Assembly: GCA_001642005.1 (NCBI GenBank)
Contig: LWCA01000003.1
Location: 62,001 to 126,000 of the forward strand
DNA: 64,000 nt
Reading direction: 5' to 3'
Origin: Intoshia linei
Lineage: Eukaryota > Animalia > Orthonectida
Numbering within the stretch: position 1 is the stretch's first letter; each line of letters begins with the position of its first letter. Made by a program: the position numbers and the translations under genes. Below, in pieces: positions 1-12,000 of this stretch. The notes under the pieces are model-generated. The model saw only the letters and a program-made list of their open reading frames with translations. It made no database searches and was not told the DNA's origin.

Positions 1-208
1 ATAAGGAGCATTACATCAATGAAAGGTTTAATATAATATTTGTTATCTTATTTTTTGTAGAAAACGGTATAAAATTGACACGAAAATACTTGAAGAGTTG
101 CATTTAAAACTTTTATGTGTTTCTCCTTTTGATATTGTAATGAACAAATGTTTGCAAGTCACCATGCCCCGTTTTTTTCATTCTGGTAGAACCTTTATCA
201 ATTTATAA
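1..208 (+). CDS. 3' end (last two exons) of an unidentified gene, truncated by the window edge
   Basis: A GT-AG intron at 26-60 joins an open frame KEHYINE/RKRYKIDTKILEELHLKLLCVSPFDIVMNKCLQVTMPRFFHSGRTFINL* (TAA 206-208); AATAAA follows at ~225. Confidence 0.55.
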
Positions 209-1058
209 TATATATTAATGTGTAAATAAAATAAAATTTAATGGAAAAATATTTAATAATCTTTTATGTAATAGCATTATGCACGTTTTTTTAGATGAAG
301 TTACATATCAACATTAAACACATGCATGTATATTAGGGGTAAGTTTTTGTATTTTTTTTCGAAAATGCAAAAGTATACCCACACGCGTTAAGGAGCTGAT
401 TGAGTAGTACATAATTAAAAAAACGCACAAAAAAATCTTTACTCAAACCATCATTAAACTGACAGTTTTAATTAATAAAATTAAATAAGAAACAAAATAA
501 AAATGGAATAAGTGTATAACAAATGTTATAGTTGTAATCATGAATAAATATATAAAAAAAAATATGTGTAAAAAATTTTGTTATAAAAATAAAAATTTAT
601 ATTATAACGCGGGCGGTATAATTGACACCCCTGATCTAGACCCAGGCCCAATAATTTACTTACTGTTGATTAATAATTATAACCCTTTCATTCACTGAGT
701 CAAAATTTTGAAAAATAACTAATAAAATGACGGTGCAAATCATTGAATTAGCAAAGTCACTATCAATATTTTAACCTGATTAACTCTTTATGTCAACGTT
801 AAGTTTAAATCATATTTTATCAGCAAATATTCATGGTTGTCTATAATCTTTACTATTTGTTTTTTCAAAGTCTTTATTCAAAATGATTTTAGCGTCGTCA
901 TCCAAATATTATTTCAGACAGAGATAAAAGCAGATTATTTGATTGAAAAGATTTCGAACATCAACTATTAATACATCTGTGGATTTTCTTTGAAGAGCAA
1001 TTGTTACAGATTGACAATTTTTAATATTATTTTGTAAGGTTATTAATACACCTAATTC

Positions 1059-1430
1059 AATGGTTGCTGGACCCCTAGGAGTCCAAAACTATAGCCGTGG
1101 GATTTGTGAAATTTAAATAAAATATAAAAAATTTTTATCAACTTTTTTTTTTTTAGATAATTTTTAATAGAGTTGCCAGATGTTGTGAATTTATCCTAAA
1201 GCCTAGACGACCGTTACATTATTATTTCAAAAATCCTACCAGTAATAAAATTTAATAAAAAATACAATTTTAAATCCTCAGGAAAAAATTGATTTTTATG
1301 ATATTTTTTTGAAAAATCCGAGTTTATCAAATATTATGAGCAAATCCTATTAAATAAAAAATTAAGAGAAAAATCTACTTTTTGAATATTTTTTTGAAAA
1401 ACACGATTTTACTAAATCTTATGTTAAAAA
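1059..1430 (+). mobile_element. Degenerate copy of the composite Buster-type hAT MITE family (see 17519 and 28445)
   Basis: Shares GGACCCC...GTGAAATTTAAATAAAATATAAAAA...AGAGTTGCCAGATGTTGTGAATTTATCCTAAAGCCTAGACGACCG with the 17519 and 28445 copies; right end is missing and the end coordinate is approximate. Confidence 0.75.
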
Positions 1431-1732
1431 AATACGTACTATCACTTTTAGTTTATTTTGAATAAATTTTTATTCGTCATCATAGATAAGTAGTTTTGGC
1501 TTTACAATTTCAAAATTACTGCCCACTTTAACTTAAACCCCTAATGTCTACATCATTACCAAATTGTTCGATACAAACAACATTGAGCAGATTCTTAAGA
1601 CAAAATTTAGACGCATTATAAAAATAAAAATTTTTTTTAAAATATACAGGTATAATTAAAATTATAAGATCCAAAAAAAATAGTAATGGATATCTTCAAG
1701 TTCATTAATCCTATTTATTTTTAATAGTAGTA

Positions 1733-1753
1733 TAGCGCATTGCGCTTGCTAGT
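1733..1753 (+). mobile_element. Helitron-type 3' terminus (hairpin + CTAG|T) of a second family
   Basis: AGCGCA-T-TGCGCT hairpin followed by TGCTAG|T; no matching 5' end found. Confidence 0.4.
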
Positions 1754-2023
1754 TACAATTATTGTCTGATTGGATCTAATCACTGCACATAATGATTATA
1801 CGAATTTCGTATTACGAAATAGTATGCTTAACTGTTAACAACACACGAAACAATTGGTTGTATGATACAACCACTAAAGAATTAGTTACGCATATATTAA
1901 GAAGTTCTTTTTGCTTTGTTGCTATATGTCTTTGATTTTTACATTAAAATTCTGTTAATTGTTTAATTTTCAGATGTTTATCTTTTCAGAAAATTGTTAT
2001 GTTAAGTGGTCAATTGCAGTGAA

Positions 2024-2677
2024 ATGAATATAAAACCAATATTTATAAACTTGAGACATTCCAAGTACATGTGCGAATCTTGTCAATCAATGTTATTGTG
2101 CAATTTAAAGAGATTTAGTTTTATTCCACACCGAGCAGATGAATTATACGTAGATGGTTGTAAAAAGGCATATGTTGCATATAAAAAATTGTCTGAATCT
2201 GTTAATATCAAAACCCGCATTAAGAAAGGATTGCAATTAATCCAACGCCAATTGGATGCAAAATTGATGAAATGGAAATGTGAATATATAGCCAAAAATT
2301 CCACTGAATTCTATCAAGTCATGACAAAACTTAAACATTTTTCAATTAATCAAGTTCCAAATGATAATTTATCCAAATTTATTAAAGTTGATTCATCTGT
2401 TTCTCGTTTCATAGAAGAGTACCAAAAAAAATTGTATGATACTTTGGGATACAATCAGTGCAATAATAACAATGTAAATATTGATAAACTCACTAGCGAC
2501 ATGAAACTATGTTGTAATTGTCATTTCATAGTGAATGAAGAATTCACCCAAGAGGAAGTAGTCTTACCAGCCGCTAACAATGATGAATTACATCACAGCG
2601 TTACTCATCTGGCCGAACTTTTCAAATATTATTTCGTTCTTCCGAAATGCACCTCCTGGTCCAATATGTATATGTAG
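2024..2677 (+). CDS. Intronless ORF of ~217 aa, unknown product (CxxC at both ends)
   Basis: Long open frame in very AT-rich DNA; first ATG at 2024 (the ORF track starts at GTG 2006); AATAAA at ~2698; CESC and CCNC motifs; no family recognised. Confidence 0.6.
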   Translation: MNIKPIFINLRHSKYMCESCQSMLLCNLKRFSFIPHRADELYVDGCKKAYVAYKKLSESVNIKTRIKKGLQLIQRQLDAKLMKWKCEYIAKNSTEFYQVMTKLKHFSINQVPNDNLSKFIKVDSSVSRFIEEYQKKLYDTLGYNQCNNNNVNIDKLTSDMKLCCNCHFIVNEEFTQEEVVLPAANNDELHHSVTHLAELFKYYFVLPKCTSWSNMYM

Positions 2678-3175
2678 TTTTATTTGTTTAAATACCCAAT
2701 AAATTTTTATTTTTTTATATTTTCTATAAATTGATTAAAAGGATAATTGGTATTGTAAACTATTCCAAGACTTGGAATCCGAGTATGTTATGCAACCAAC
2801 GACCACGGCTCGTCATTTTATCTTCATTCATTATTTGGCATCATCAAAATTCTAATTTGTGTTCTTGGTCCATCATATTCGAGATTATCTGATTTCTATC
2901 GACAAAATTTGGATTACTTATGTTTCAAATTATCCTTTTAATTTAAATGATAAACTGATAATGTCGGTTTATGAAAAATTTTGACGGGACCCTGGTAAGA
3001 ACCAGAGGACGTCGGCCCCTCTAGGGCTCTAATACTAATCCACTTAAAAGTTATATTTGTAATGTTTTCTGTAATTATACAACTTCTTGTAAATATTAGA
3101 ACACGAATTCGTTCATAAACTGCTTCATTGAAATTTTTCTATAAACCAATAAAGTTGTTATCCATTTCAATTGTG

Positions 3176-5108
3176 ATGAATCAAAATTTCATTGAAAAAG
3201 TGTGCAACGATATTAATTTGACCAAGCGCCAATTGTATTTAAAAAGAGAGAATGAAAACATTTCAAAAAAGCAAAAAATCAACCCTGGGGAAAGTAGAAA
3301 CAAAAAAACCCAGCGCATAGCCATAAAATTCAAAAACATGTTTACCATCCAACTCTTATTATACAGCGTGAATCAAAAAATTGATTTTCTTATTCGCGTA
3401 ATTATATTTTTAAATTGTTCAATTTGCAATTAGAAAATGGGAAATCATATGAATATCATGAATATTGAAATGTTGAGTACCAGTTTAGTGAAGCGGATTT
3501 TAAGAATGTATCATTTTTCGTATCAAGTAATTTATAAATTTTACTGTACAATTTAATTGTAGTTTTTGTTTAAAATTATTTTAGACTAAACTCTATCAAA
3601 GCAATGTAACCCATTCCATTGCTCCCATAATTAAAGGTATTTATTTAAACTAAATAATTTTAACATTCAGCCACTTGCCCGACAATAAAATACAAAAACA
3701 ACGAAAGAAAAAATAAAAATACTCCAACCATTGCCAAATCATGTATAAATAGTTTACTCAACACAACTGAAAGTTCTATTGTAAAAAATTAATATTTTAT
3801 TTACATCAATTTTAGTCTATTGCAAACAAAATTGCAAATTATTCCTTTTTTCCAGAAATTTTTCCAGTATTTATTTCTTACCTTAAAAAACAGGTTTTTA
3901 TATATTTTTTATTTTTCATCAACTTTTCAAGGTTCTGCTTTTGCAAAATAATGTCGTTTATAGATTAGTCGTGTTTTCGAATGTTTTGTTTCAAAATTAT
4001 CAAATATCTCTTTTACGATATGTATGTTTACTTTTTATCATTTTCAGTTAAATTGTAGCATAGAGAAATGACGTCATTTTTGTTTGAATTACTTACTGTT
4101 CCCGTGACGGATAAAACTGATGATTTTGCTGATACTATACGGATCAAAATTAGATTGTATCATCTGTTTTACATGATTTTTAAACGTTATCCTTCTAAAC
4201 GTTCTGACATGATATCTGTTATATATAATCTTTATACAGCCAAACTGAAAGAATACGATGGTGAAATAATTCTCGTTTCTGAAGACAGTCCCCTGACTAA
4301 AGAAATCATTAATATTATTTTGTTACTAGTTACTAATGATAAAGTAATTTTTTTATAGTCTTTTTTCATTTTAATATAGTATTACTTTCAAAAATTTGTG
4401 GACATGTATCGTAATGATAAACATTTGAATTATCTAATTATCAACATATTAAAGGTATTTTATAATATTTTATTCTATCTAAAATATATAAAAGATCAAT
4501 TACGTCGTATATGATTATTTAAATGTTGCATTTATTTTTTAGTTGTATCTTAACATTTGTGAGCAGATTTCATAATTGTAAAATAATCAGTTTTACATGT
4601 TAAATTGTTTTAAAACAACGAGGATATGTCATATCAATGTAGATTCTAAGTGAAATAATATTGGAATTCTATTTTCCTAGCTACAGTACTTTTAATTTTT
4701 TTAATTTAGTTTATACATGTGTCTGACGGACAAGCTACCATTTCATGTGTTAGGATTTTAAATTTTCTGGAAGATAAAGGAATACACGTACCAAACAATA
4801 TACCAATATATTATACAGATGTTTATTTCTCACCTTATGATTCCAATGTTCAATTTTTATCCAAATGTAAACCATCCAGATTTTCACGTTTCTTTTTTTC
4901 AAGAAAAATTTCAGTTGATGAATCAATCGACACTGATGAATATATGAACGCTGCTAATGTTATGTGGAATGAAATTATTCAAGAATTTAAAACTCCTATT
5001 ATTAAAAATAAAAAAAAACACATTTCAAATATATTTGAAATTGTAAACCCACTGTTTTTAAAATCAAAAGTTTGTATAAAATTTAATATTAAAAGTACTA
5101 TGTACTAG
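3176..5108 (+). CDS. Divergent TAF6/TAF6L-like protein (histone fold + TAF6 C-terminal HEAT region), multi-exon
   Basis: Spliced LLYSVNQKIDFLIRKMGNHMNIMNIEMLSTSLVKRIL resembles the TAF6 histone fold ([37 protein letters not shown]). IFPVFISYL...LFQNYQISLLRYHREM resembles TAF6 MLPRFSTFI...LMDNPTLYLEKYVHEL. Linkage of the last exon (4710-5108) is phase-compatible but uncertain. Confidence 0.6.
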
Positions 5109-6194
5109 TGTGTTCAACTTTTATAAAAAGTACTGAGTTTTACTTTTACTGAGTTTTTTTTGTACTGAATATAAAAACTTAGTACTTTTAAGAATAAGCA
5201 TAGTTTTAAAAATTATTAATTTTGTCAATCAGATTGGGTTTTCAATCAATGCATTGGAAAATTCTATTAAATAATTAAATTATCAATACCTGCAACTAGT
5301 GCATAATTGAAAGATTATTTTCTGCGGTGGAGTTATTCAAGTCTAATCGTAGAATTATTATTGAGCCAGAATTATTTGAAACTGAATTTCAAAATACAAT
5401 ATAAAATTTATACTCATATGAATTTAGTTAAATGCTGTTATTCAATAAATGTTACCACTTTTACAATTCAGATTCTTTACGACTGTTTTTTAAAAAAATA
5501 AAAATTAATTGCAAAAAACAGCAGTTTTTTTGACTTTAAATGAATTAAATATAGCTCAATTCAATAATCAATTAAATTAAATTTTCCGAATATTGGTTTA
5601 CCTGTAAAAAATAGTTATCTGCGCTCTTTCAATTGATAGTTTAATAATATTCAGGGTTGGTGGTTCTATGTTTTCCAAAACGAAATAGAATGTTTGGTCA
5701 AATGGTGAAAAGCTAATAAGTTAAAATTATTTTTTCTGACATTAATTTAATATTAATTAATTTTAAGCATTTTTGATTATGTTTCTTAGTCGTTTATTTC
5801 GTAGTTCTATAAATTCATTTATTGTTGGTTTTTTTCTAATTACAACAAATAGTATAATTCAAAATTATTTGGAATCAGATTCGTTGTTTTTTTTTAAGAA
5901 TCGAATCGGCATCGTTGAAAATTTAGGAATCGTCGCATCACTAATTATAATTCTATTAATTATGTTAATGAAAAAAATGCGTATTACATTGATAGTATTC
6001 ATTTTACTCATAGAAAAACCTAAACAAAATTAGAGTTTAGATTTAGTAAAAATTTTAAGATAGGAATCCCGTGACTGGACTCAATTTACGGGTTAATAGG
6101 TAAGTGGTTTTTGTGGTAACTTCTACATAATATAATGTATATCATAACTTGAATACATAAATATTTACACATTTTGCAGGTTATCACTTTACAT

Positions 6195-6496
6195 CAAGGG
6201 TCGGTAACCTTTTGCATCTCGTGGGCCACTTTTTATATCAAAAAATTATATGGCCCCCGTTTTGGAAAATTTACACTATAGATTTCAATTTTAATTAAAG
6301 AGAACGTTTCTAGTATATTCAAAAAATAGAATCCAGGGCGATTTGAAAATTGAGTATTAAAATGAATATAATAAGCCAATTTAATAGAAAATGTTTAAAA
6401 ATTGAAAAACAAATAATTTGCATGTTTACTGAAAAAGTCACAAAAATTATTGTTTTACTAATTGTTAATAAAATTATTACTGGTTGCCGACCCTTA
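6195..6496. mobile_element. Buster-type hAT MITE, 130 bp upstream of the ISCU start
   Basis: TIRs CAAGGGTCGGTAACC / GGTTGCCGACCCTTA; 8-bp TSD ctttacat/ctttacac; an inverted sister copy lies at 54827-55134. Confidence 0.85.
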
Positions 6497-6625
6497 CTTT
6501 ACACGAACGATTCACAAATTTTGGAACAGACTCTGGTCAACAGAGTATGTGTTTTGTAACTTCCGAGTTGTTAGGTTATTGAATATGTTCAAAATAATAC
6601 CAGTAAACTTATCCTCATATCAAAA

Positions 6626-8183
6626 ATGTTTAGTGTTAATCTAAAAATGCTTAAAAGTATTAATAATGGAAAATTGATTAGATTTTATCACAAAAATGTA
6701 ATTAATTGTATATTTAAACTAATTATTTGTAGGTACTTGATCATTACAATAATCCCAGAAATGTGGGTTCTTTCAATAAGGATGACTCTTCTATTGGTAC
6801 TGGTATAGTTGGAGCTCCTGCTTGTGGAGATGTTATGAAATTACAGGTACTAATGTCTTTATATACATACTTTATTGTTTCCAAAAAATACTACCACATT
6901 CTATTATTTAACCTTATAAGAAGAGTAAATATATGTGGAGGGCAGAGTTGCCAGATTTTATTTATTTAAAATCGATTATTTTGAAATTTTTGTTTTCGAT
7001 GTGTACAGTTGTTTTTTTGCTGAAGTACTGCAATGAATTAATCATAAATTTAGTTTCAATAGTTGAAAATTTTGTTTTATATATTTGTGCAAATTTAAAT
7101 TTAATCTGAATTTTTGGATATACATTATGCTACGGAAATTCCATTTTAACGGAATTTTGAATTATTTATTTTTTCTTAACGAATTTGTATTAACCAAAAA
7201 TTCCGATAATTTAAAAAATTTTATATCTAGAATATTAAGCTCTAGAATCCATTTTTAATGACATCATAAATATAAACTAATTTTTTTACTAATTAGAACT
7301 TCTAGAAGTCATATTTAAAGATAAATTATAACATTTTCTGATGAAACTATTGAGAAACATTAAAAAAATTGAGGTGATAAAGCGTTAAATCACAAAATAA
7401 ATAAAAATTGTTAACGTAAAACTGAAAATTTAATTTAATTTTTAATTTAATTGATCAAAATATAAATGTTTCCATGATTAAATATGCGCGAGTATCGCAC
7501 TTTCTGGCAACTCTGGTGGCGGGTAGAATGATTTGTATGTAACGTTTCTATATAGAGTTTCCAACCACCTTCAATATTTTTACATATCCTATTATTTTCT
7601 GTTAGAACATGAATAAACATATTTTAAAACGTATATAATAAATAATGTATATGTATACGTGCAGGTGCGTCACATTTATAGTATAAAATTTATAAAATTA
7701 TCTATAATATATTATAAAATATAGATAATATGTATCTTTTTACATTTCCAACGTAAAAATATGAATATTTTTATTTAGGTAAAAGTGGACGACGATGGAA
7801 AGATTATCGATGCTAAATTCAAGACGTTTGGTTGTGGTTCAGCAATAGCTTCTAGTTCTTTAATGACTACAATGATTATTGGACAAAATGTATTTTATAA
7901 TATTTTAAGTTTTATTTTATTTTAATTTAGCTTTCACATGCTTTAGCGATTAAGAATACAGAAATTGCAAACAAGTTGAATTTACCGCCTGTTAAATTGC
8001 ACTGTTCCAGTATTTTTTAATTTTTTATATGCTTCTTCAAAAATTTAAAAAATAATTTTCACGGACCCGTTGAATTGTACAATTTATCGTTTAAATTTAA
8101 ATTTAGTGTTGGCGGAAGATGCTATTCAAGCAGCAATTAAAAATTATAAAGAAAAAAAATCTAAACCAAACGTGGATGTATAA
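6626..8183 (+). CDS. ISCU: Mitochondrial iron-sulfur cluster scaffold IscU (5 exons: 6626-6697, 6733-6846, 7779-7889, 7931-8009, 8107-8183)
   Basis: VLDHYNNPRNVGS, GAPACGDVMKLQ, FKTFGCGSAIASSS and LPPVKLHCSMLAEDAI are assembled across canonical introns; basic N-terminal presequence-like segment. Confidence 0.97.
6943..7515. mobile_element. hAT MITE (non-Buster, CAGAGTTGCCAGA TIR) in ISCU intron 2
   Basis: Perfect 13-bp TIR CAGAGTTGCCAGA / TCTGGCAACTCTG; 8-bp TSD gtggaggg/gtggcggg. Confidence 0.9.
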
Positions 8184-8639
8184 TCTTATCCACGTTAATA
8201 TTCAATAACGTGTATAAAGTTGTGAAAGATTAAGAATACATTGGTTAAAATATTTTAATTTTGTATTTATAAAATTTATTATTTTTTTTAATATATTTAT
8301 ATATAATGTAACATTAGCCGGGTTATTTAAAACTAATATTTTTATGTATCGATTTTAGTGATATAAAAAGCAACCTCGTACATTGACAGTAGGTGTTCAC
8401 TTCTGATGTGTTTTTTTTATTAGAAAACTCATTTTGTATGTGGACGCCTTTTTGATTATAAGCATTTATCTAAAAAATTTTAAAATAGTTTCGTTTCAAA
8501 AAGAATGTATAGTCGAAATTATACTCTTAATTTCGAAATATATTATTTGTTCTGGTGGCTAGTATTTGTATATATTAAATAATAGGGGTGAAATTACAAT
8601 TTTTTACTGTTGATGAAATTTTAATCTCAAAAATTATAG

Positions 8640-9161
8640 AGGCTAGAAAGACTTGATAAAATGGTGAAGACTTAAGATTGATTGGTCGATTTAACATTAC
8701 AAGACACTTACATAACTATGTTTTAGTACCGCCCAAAAAGTTTTATATTGGTTTGACCTTGATCCGGTACTGGCATACACGTATTGTGCAATTTAATTCT
8801 AAAAGATGACAGTGATAAACGGTTTGTTATACTTAGATTTTATTTTTTGATATTGGTAGTTCTCATTGCATCCCAAGAAAGATTTATTTTTTACAAATAT
8901 TGCATTTCAACGATTTTAATTAATTATTTATCAGTATACATTCTAGAATCTAGAAGGTGCCATTTATCCTGAATCCACTCAATTATCTTTAAATATCCAA
9001 GTTTAATGCCAGATTATATCCAATATAATATTTGACAGATGACGAAATCGAGAAAATAAAATTAAAAGTATTATCGACTCATTTTGATATTTTTTCAGAC
9101 TGCAGATGTTACAAAATGGGTGCATATCCTCCATCTTATAACTAGAAAATGTTTTTTATAA
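8640..9161 (+). CDS. Small multi-exon gene or fragment, possibly PH-like; exon model unresolved
   Basis: Last exons splice to DEIEKIKLK/TADVTKWVHILHLITRKCFL* (a Trp-containing helix like a PH-domain C-terminus); upstream exons and start are ambiguous. Confidence 0.3.
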
Positions 9162-9203
9162 AAATTTAATTTACAATATAAATTAATTTTGTTTTTTTAA
9201 GAG

Positions 9204-9568
9204 TCACTTTTGCACAATATTAAACAATTTACTATATTTAGTATTAAAAATATATAATTAATAATTACTCGTAAATAATAACATGCTGAGAAATATCAAA
9301 GATGCGGAAATAATGAGTAGCACTAATCCTTCCAATTCGAGACTAAAAATTTAATTGGGTTTAAATAGAAAAATTATCACCTTTCATTGGAATCACCGTA
9401 GAAAAAATATAAAAAACTTCCAGGGATTAGGCAGAGTATTCCTATAATAATAACCAATAATGCAGCAAAATATAAATTGTTTTTCTTGTTATTGTTGCAT
9501 ATGGTAGGTAAATATTGAGGTGGTATAATTCTAAAATCAAACTGTTTTATTTCATCCTTTTCTTTCAT
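9204..9568 (-). CDS. Small membrane protein with two predicted TM segments, unknown family
   Basis: ORF 9568 (LYFAALLVIIIGILCLIPGSFLYFF) splices via short introns to LELEGLVLLIISASLIFLSMLLFY and probably DKLFNIVQK*. Confidence 0.55.
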
Positions 9569-10009
9569 TATTGACTCAATAAATATTTACATTTAAATTA
9601 TTATGCATTAATTTTAATTATTGAAGCTTGAAACATTTTATGTACTAGAATTATTATACTTGGAAACTCAAATTAGTTCAAAATATAACATTGTTTATTA
9701 GTATTTGGTCTTGCTTCGATTCAGCATTCAGTCGTATCTATATTTGTGATAACCTGAATACACGTTAACGTTATTTTATCTTTTTCTAATTAAATATTTG
9801 TTAACAACTAAACAACCTAATTTTAGGATAATTACATTAAAATTTTAATATTTAAAAAGTAGACAGTGTTAATAACCCGCCGTCGCTTTATTATAGGTTA
9901 AAATAAATATTATTGCAATCAAGTGTATATTACTCGAAGAGATACTATCATACATTCTTGTATACTTATATCATTATTAGATTAAAACTTTACAAGTTAT
10001 AATATTTAG

Positions 10010-10127
10010 TGATCAACAACTTTTCAAGTTAGATTTTCAAACGTGAATTTATTTTTTTGGTATAATAAAAATGTGCCCTCGGCAGACCTAGGTGCTGTTT
10101 GTACGTAGTACATAACAATCAACCTAG
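10010..10127 (+). mobile_element. Helitron family 3' fragment (opposite orientation to the copies at 47.7-62.4 kb)
   Basis: GTGCCCTCGGCAGACCTAGGTGCTGTTTGTACGTAGTACATAACAATCAACCTAG|T, the reverse complement of the repeat at 57404, 58585 and 61656. Confidence 0.85.
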
Positions 10128-10709
10128 TTTACTATATATAATTAATAATATAGTAATGATAATTAAGAATTTTGGTAGTGTTTATATTAGTTGACAATTA
10201 ATGAGAATATTAGCATTGTTTTTGCTGCTAATAATTGAAATCTCGGTACATAATTTAAAAATATAACTGTTATGTGAATTTTAAATTTATCTTAAATTTT
10301 TTGTATGAATTTCAATACAATATAATTACATTTGAGATGGGTAAATATTAACCGATTTAATTTTTTTGTGATAAATGCTTAAAATCAAAAAAAATGCAAA
10401 ATGAGTTTTCTAATAAAAAAAAATAAAAAGTGGACATACTAGTGTTATATACTTCATATGTAATAGTTGGAAATATAGAAATGTTACCACACGCATAGAA
10501 TTTTAAATTTAAATAGATATTTTTGTAATATTATAAATTAATTTGTATTTCAAATTGAAAACTTATTTTTTAATTAACATTAATTAATTTTTAGAATAAT
10601 GGATATTTTGATAAAATGTATTTTAATTAAGCCTTTCATTTAAAAGTTTTAATTTTACTATTTATATAAATTAAAACACGATGAATCGCGATGTAATTAC
10701 ATAAATATG

Positions 10710-11262
10710 CAAAGCCGTTTTAAGGCATGGGCAATATGGGCTGTAGCCCAGGACCACTCATTAAAAAAGGCCCCCAAATTAATAAAAGTACTTTACATTT
10801 ATATCTTAAAAAGAGGCGCCCAATTTCAATATCAACCTCGTTTGAGTGCGCTCTCCTTAATGTATTTTAATGTATATTTGAGAATATTTTGAATGATATC
10901 AGTTTTGATAATATCATATCTGATTTCTCTCAGAAAAAGTGAGAAAACAACATTTGTGAAGAATTTTTTGGGACTGCATGGTGCATATTTTCCAATGAAA
11001 AAGTAGCTTTGTTCATTATAAAATAAGTTTTTGTAAAAGAAATAAAAGTTACTAAAGACCTACATAATATCTTTTAATGCTTTTATTAATACTCAATGAA
11101 ATAAGACTTTAAGTCTCCAACCAACGGTATGCCGTTTTCTAAAGAGGTCCTAAATTTTTTTTAACGCTTCGCTCCACATGGTTTTTTGCTTTACTCAAAA
11201 CTTTAAAGGGCCTCCGGCCCTTTTTTTAGCCCAGGGCCGCGAAGTAGCTTAAGACGGCTCTG
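10710..11262. mobile_element. hAT MITE (CAGAGCCGTCTTAAG TIR family)
   Basis: TIRs CAAAGCCGTTTTAAG / CTTAAGACGGCTCTG; TSD taaatatg/tacatatg; sister copy at 55248. Confidence 0.85.
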
Positions 11263-12000
11263 TACATATGTCTATGTATAATATACATTATATATAATGA
11301 TAAAACCATCAGATAAATAATTTTAAAGGTAGAATTCTTGAAATTATATTATTTTTCACATTTTGGTGACCTCGAGCTGGGTAGGTTCCGCTCTATCAGT
11401 ATGTATAATATACAAGGTGCCACTCAATGTTAATCAAAATATTGGTTGATAATATATTAAAAATTATTTTTTACCGGGAATGCGTCGATTTCTGGATTTC
11501 CGATTTTGTATTTATATCAAATAAGATAAGTTCTATCAGCATAATTTTTTTTTATATTTTCGGACCTTTTATTATTTCTCATTTTTTGTTTTCTGCATCT
11601 CTCACAGGCTTCGATGCTTCTTCGTTGTGTGAGGGAGGCAACTGGTTTTATCGGTTAAATTCCGTGTGTTATTAATTTTTCAATTAAAAATCAAATTGTT
11701 TTATAGATACGACATGCGAAAAAAAATTTTTGATCATGCTTTTAGGTGCCGCGATTTTTTGAAATTTCATAAGGGTTCCGCGCAGTAAAAAAGGTTGAGA
11801 AACACTAATATAATATGTATATGAATCATATATGAACCTTTAGATGTTAAACCTTTTAAAATTTAGAATCTAATAACTTTAGATTGTAAATATTTCAATG
11901 ATGTAACCATATGACTAATAAATAAAATTTTGTTTATCTAAATAAAAATAACTATATTGAGTCACATTGCGTATTTTTAACTATAAGAAACTACTACAAA

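Noticed and set aside
5297-6033. Hydrophobic ORF 5773-6033 and exon-like minus-strand pieces (FSPFDQTFYFVLENIEPP...)
   Set aside because: No start codon or family could be established, and AT-rich DNA gives hydrophobic ORFs by chance.
8940-9161. In-frame TGA (RRCHLS*IHSIIFKYP) suggesting selenocysteine or readthrough
   Set aside because: An alternative donor at ~8957 removes the TGA, no SECIS-like hairpin fits the ~40-bp 3' gap, and TGA is an ordinary stop in SCYL1, RhoGAP and ACC.
10707-11675. Short ORFs at 10707 and 11427 (also 6350, 56203, 61211)
   Set aside because: They fall within or overlap MITE, Helitron or other repeat sequence and show no transposase or host-protein motifs.
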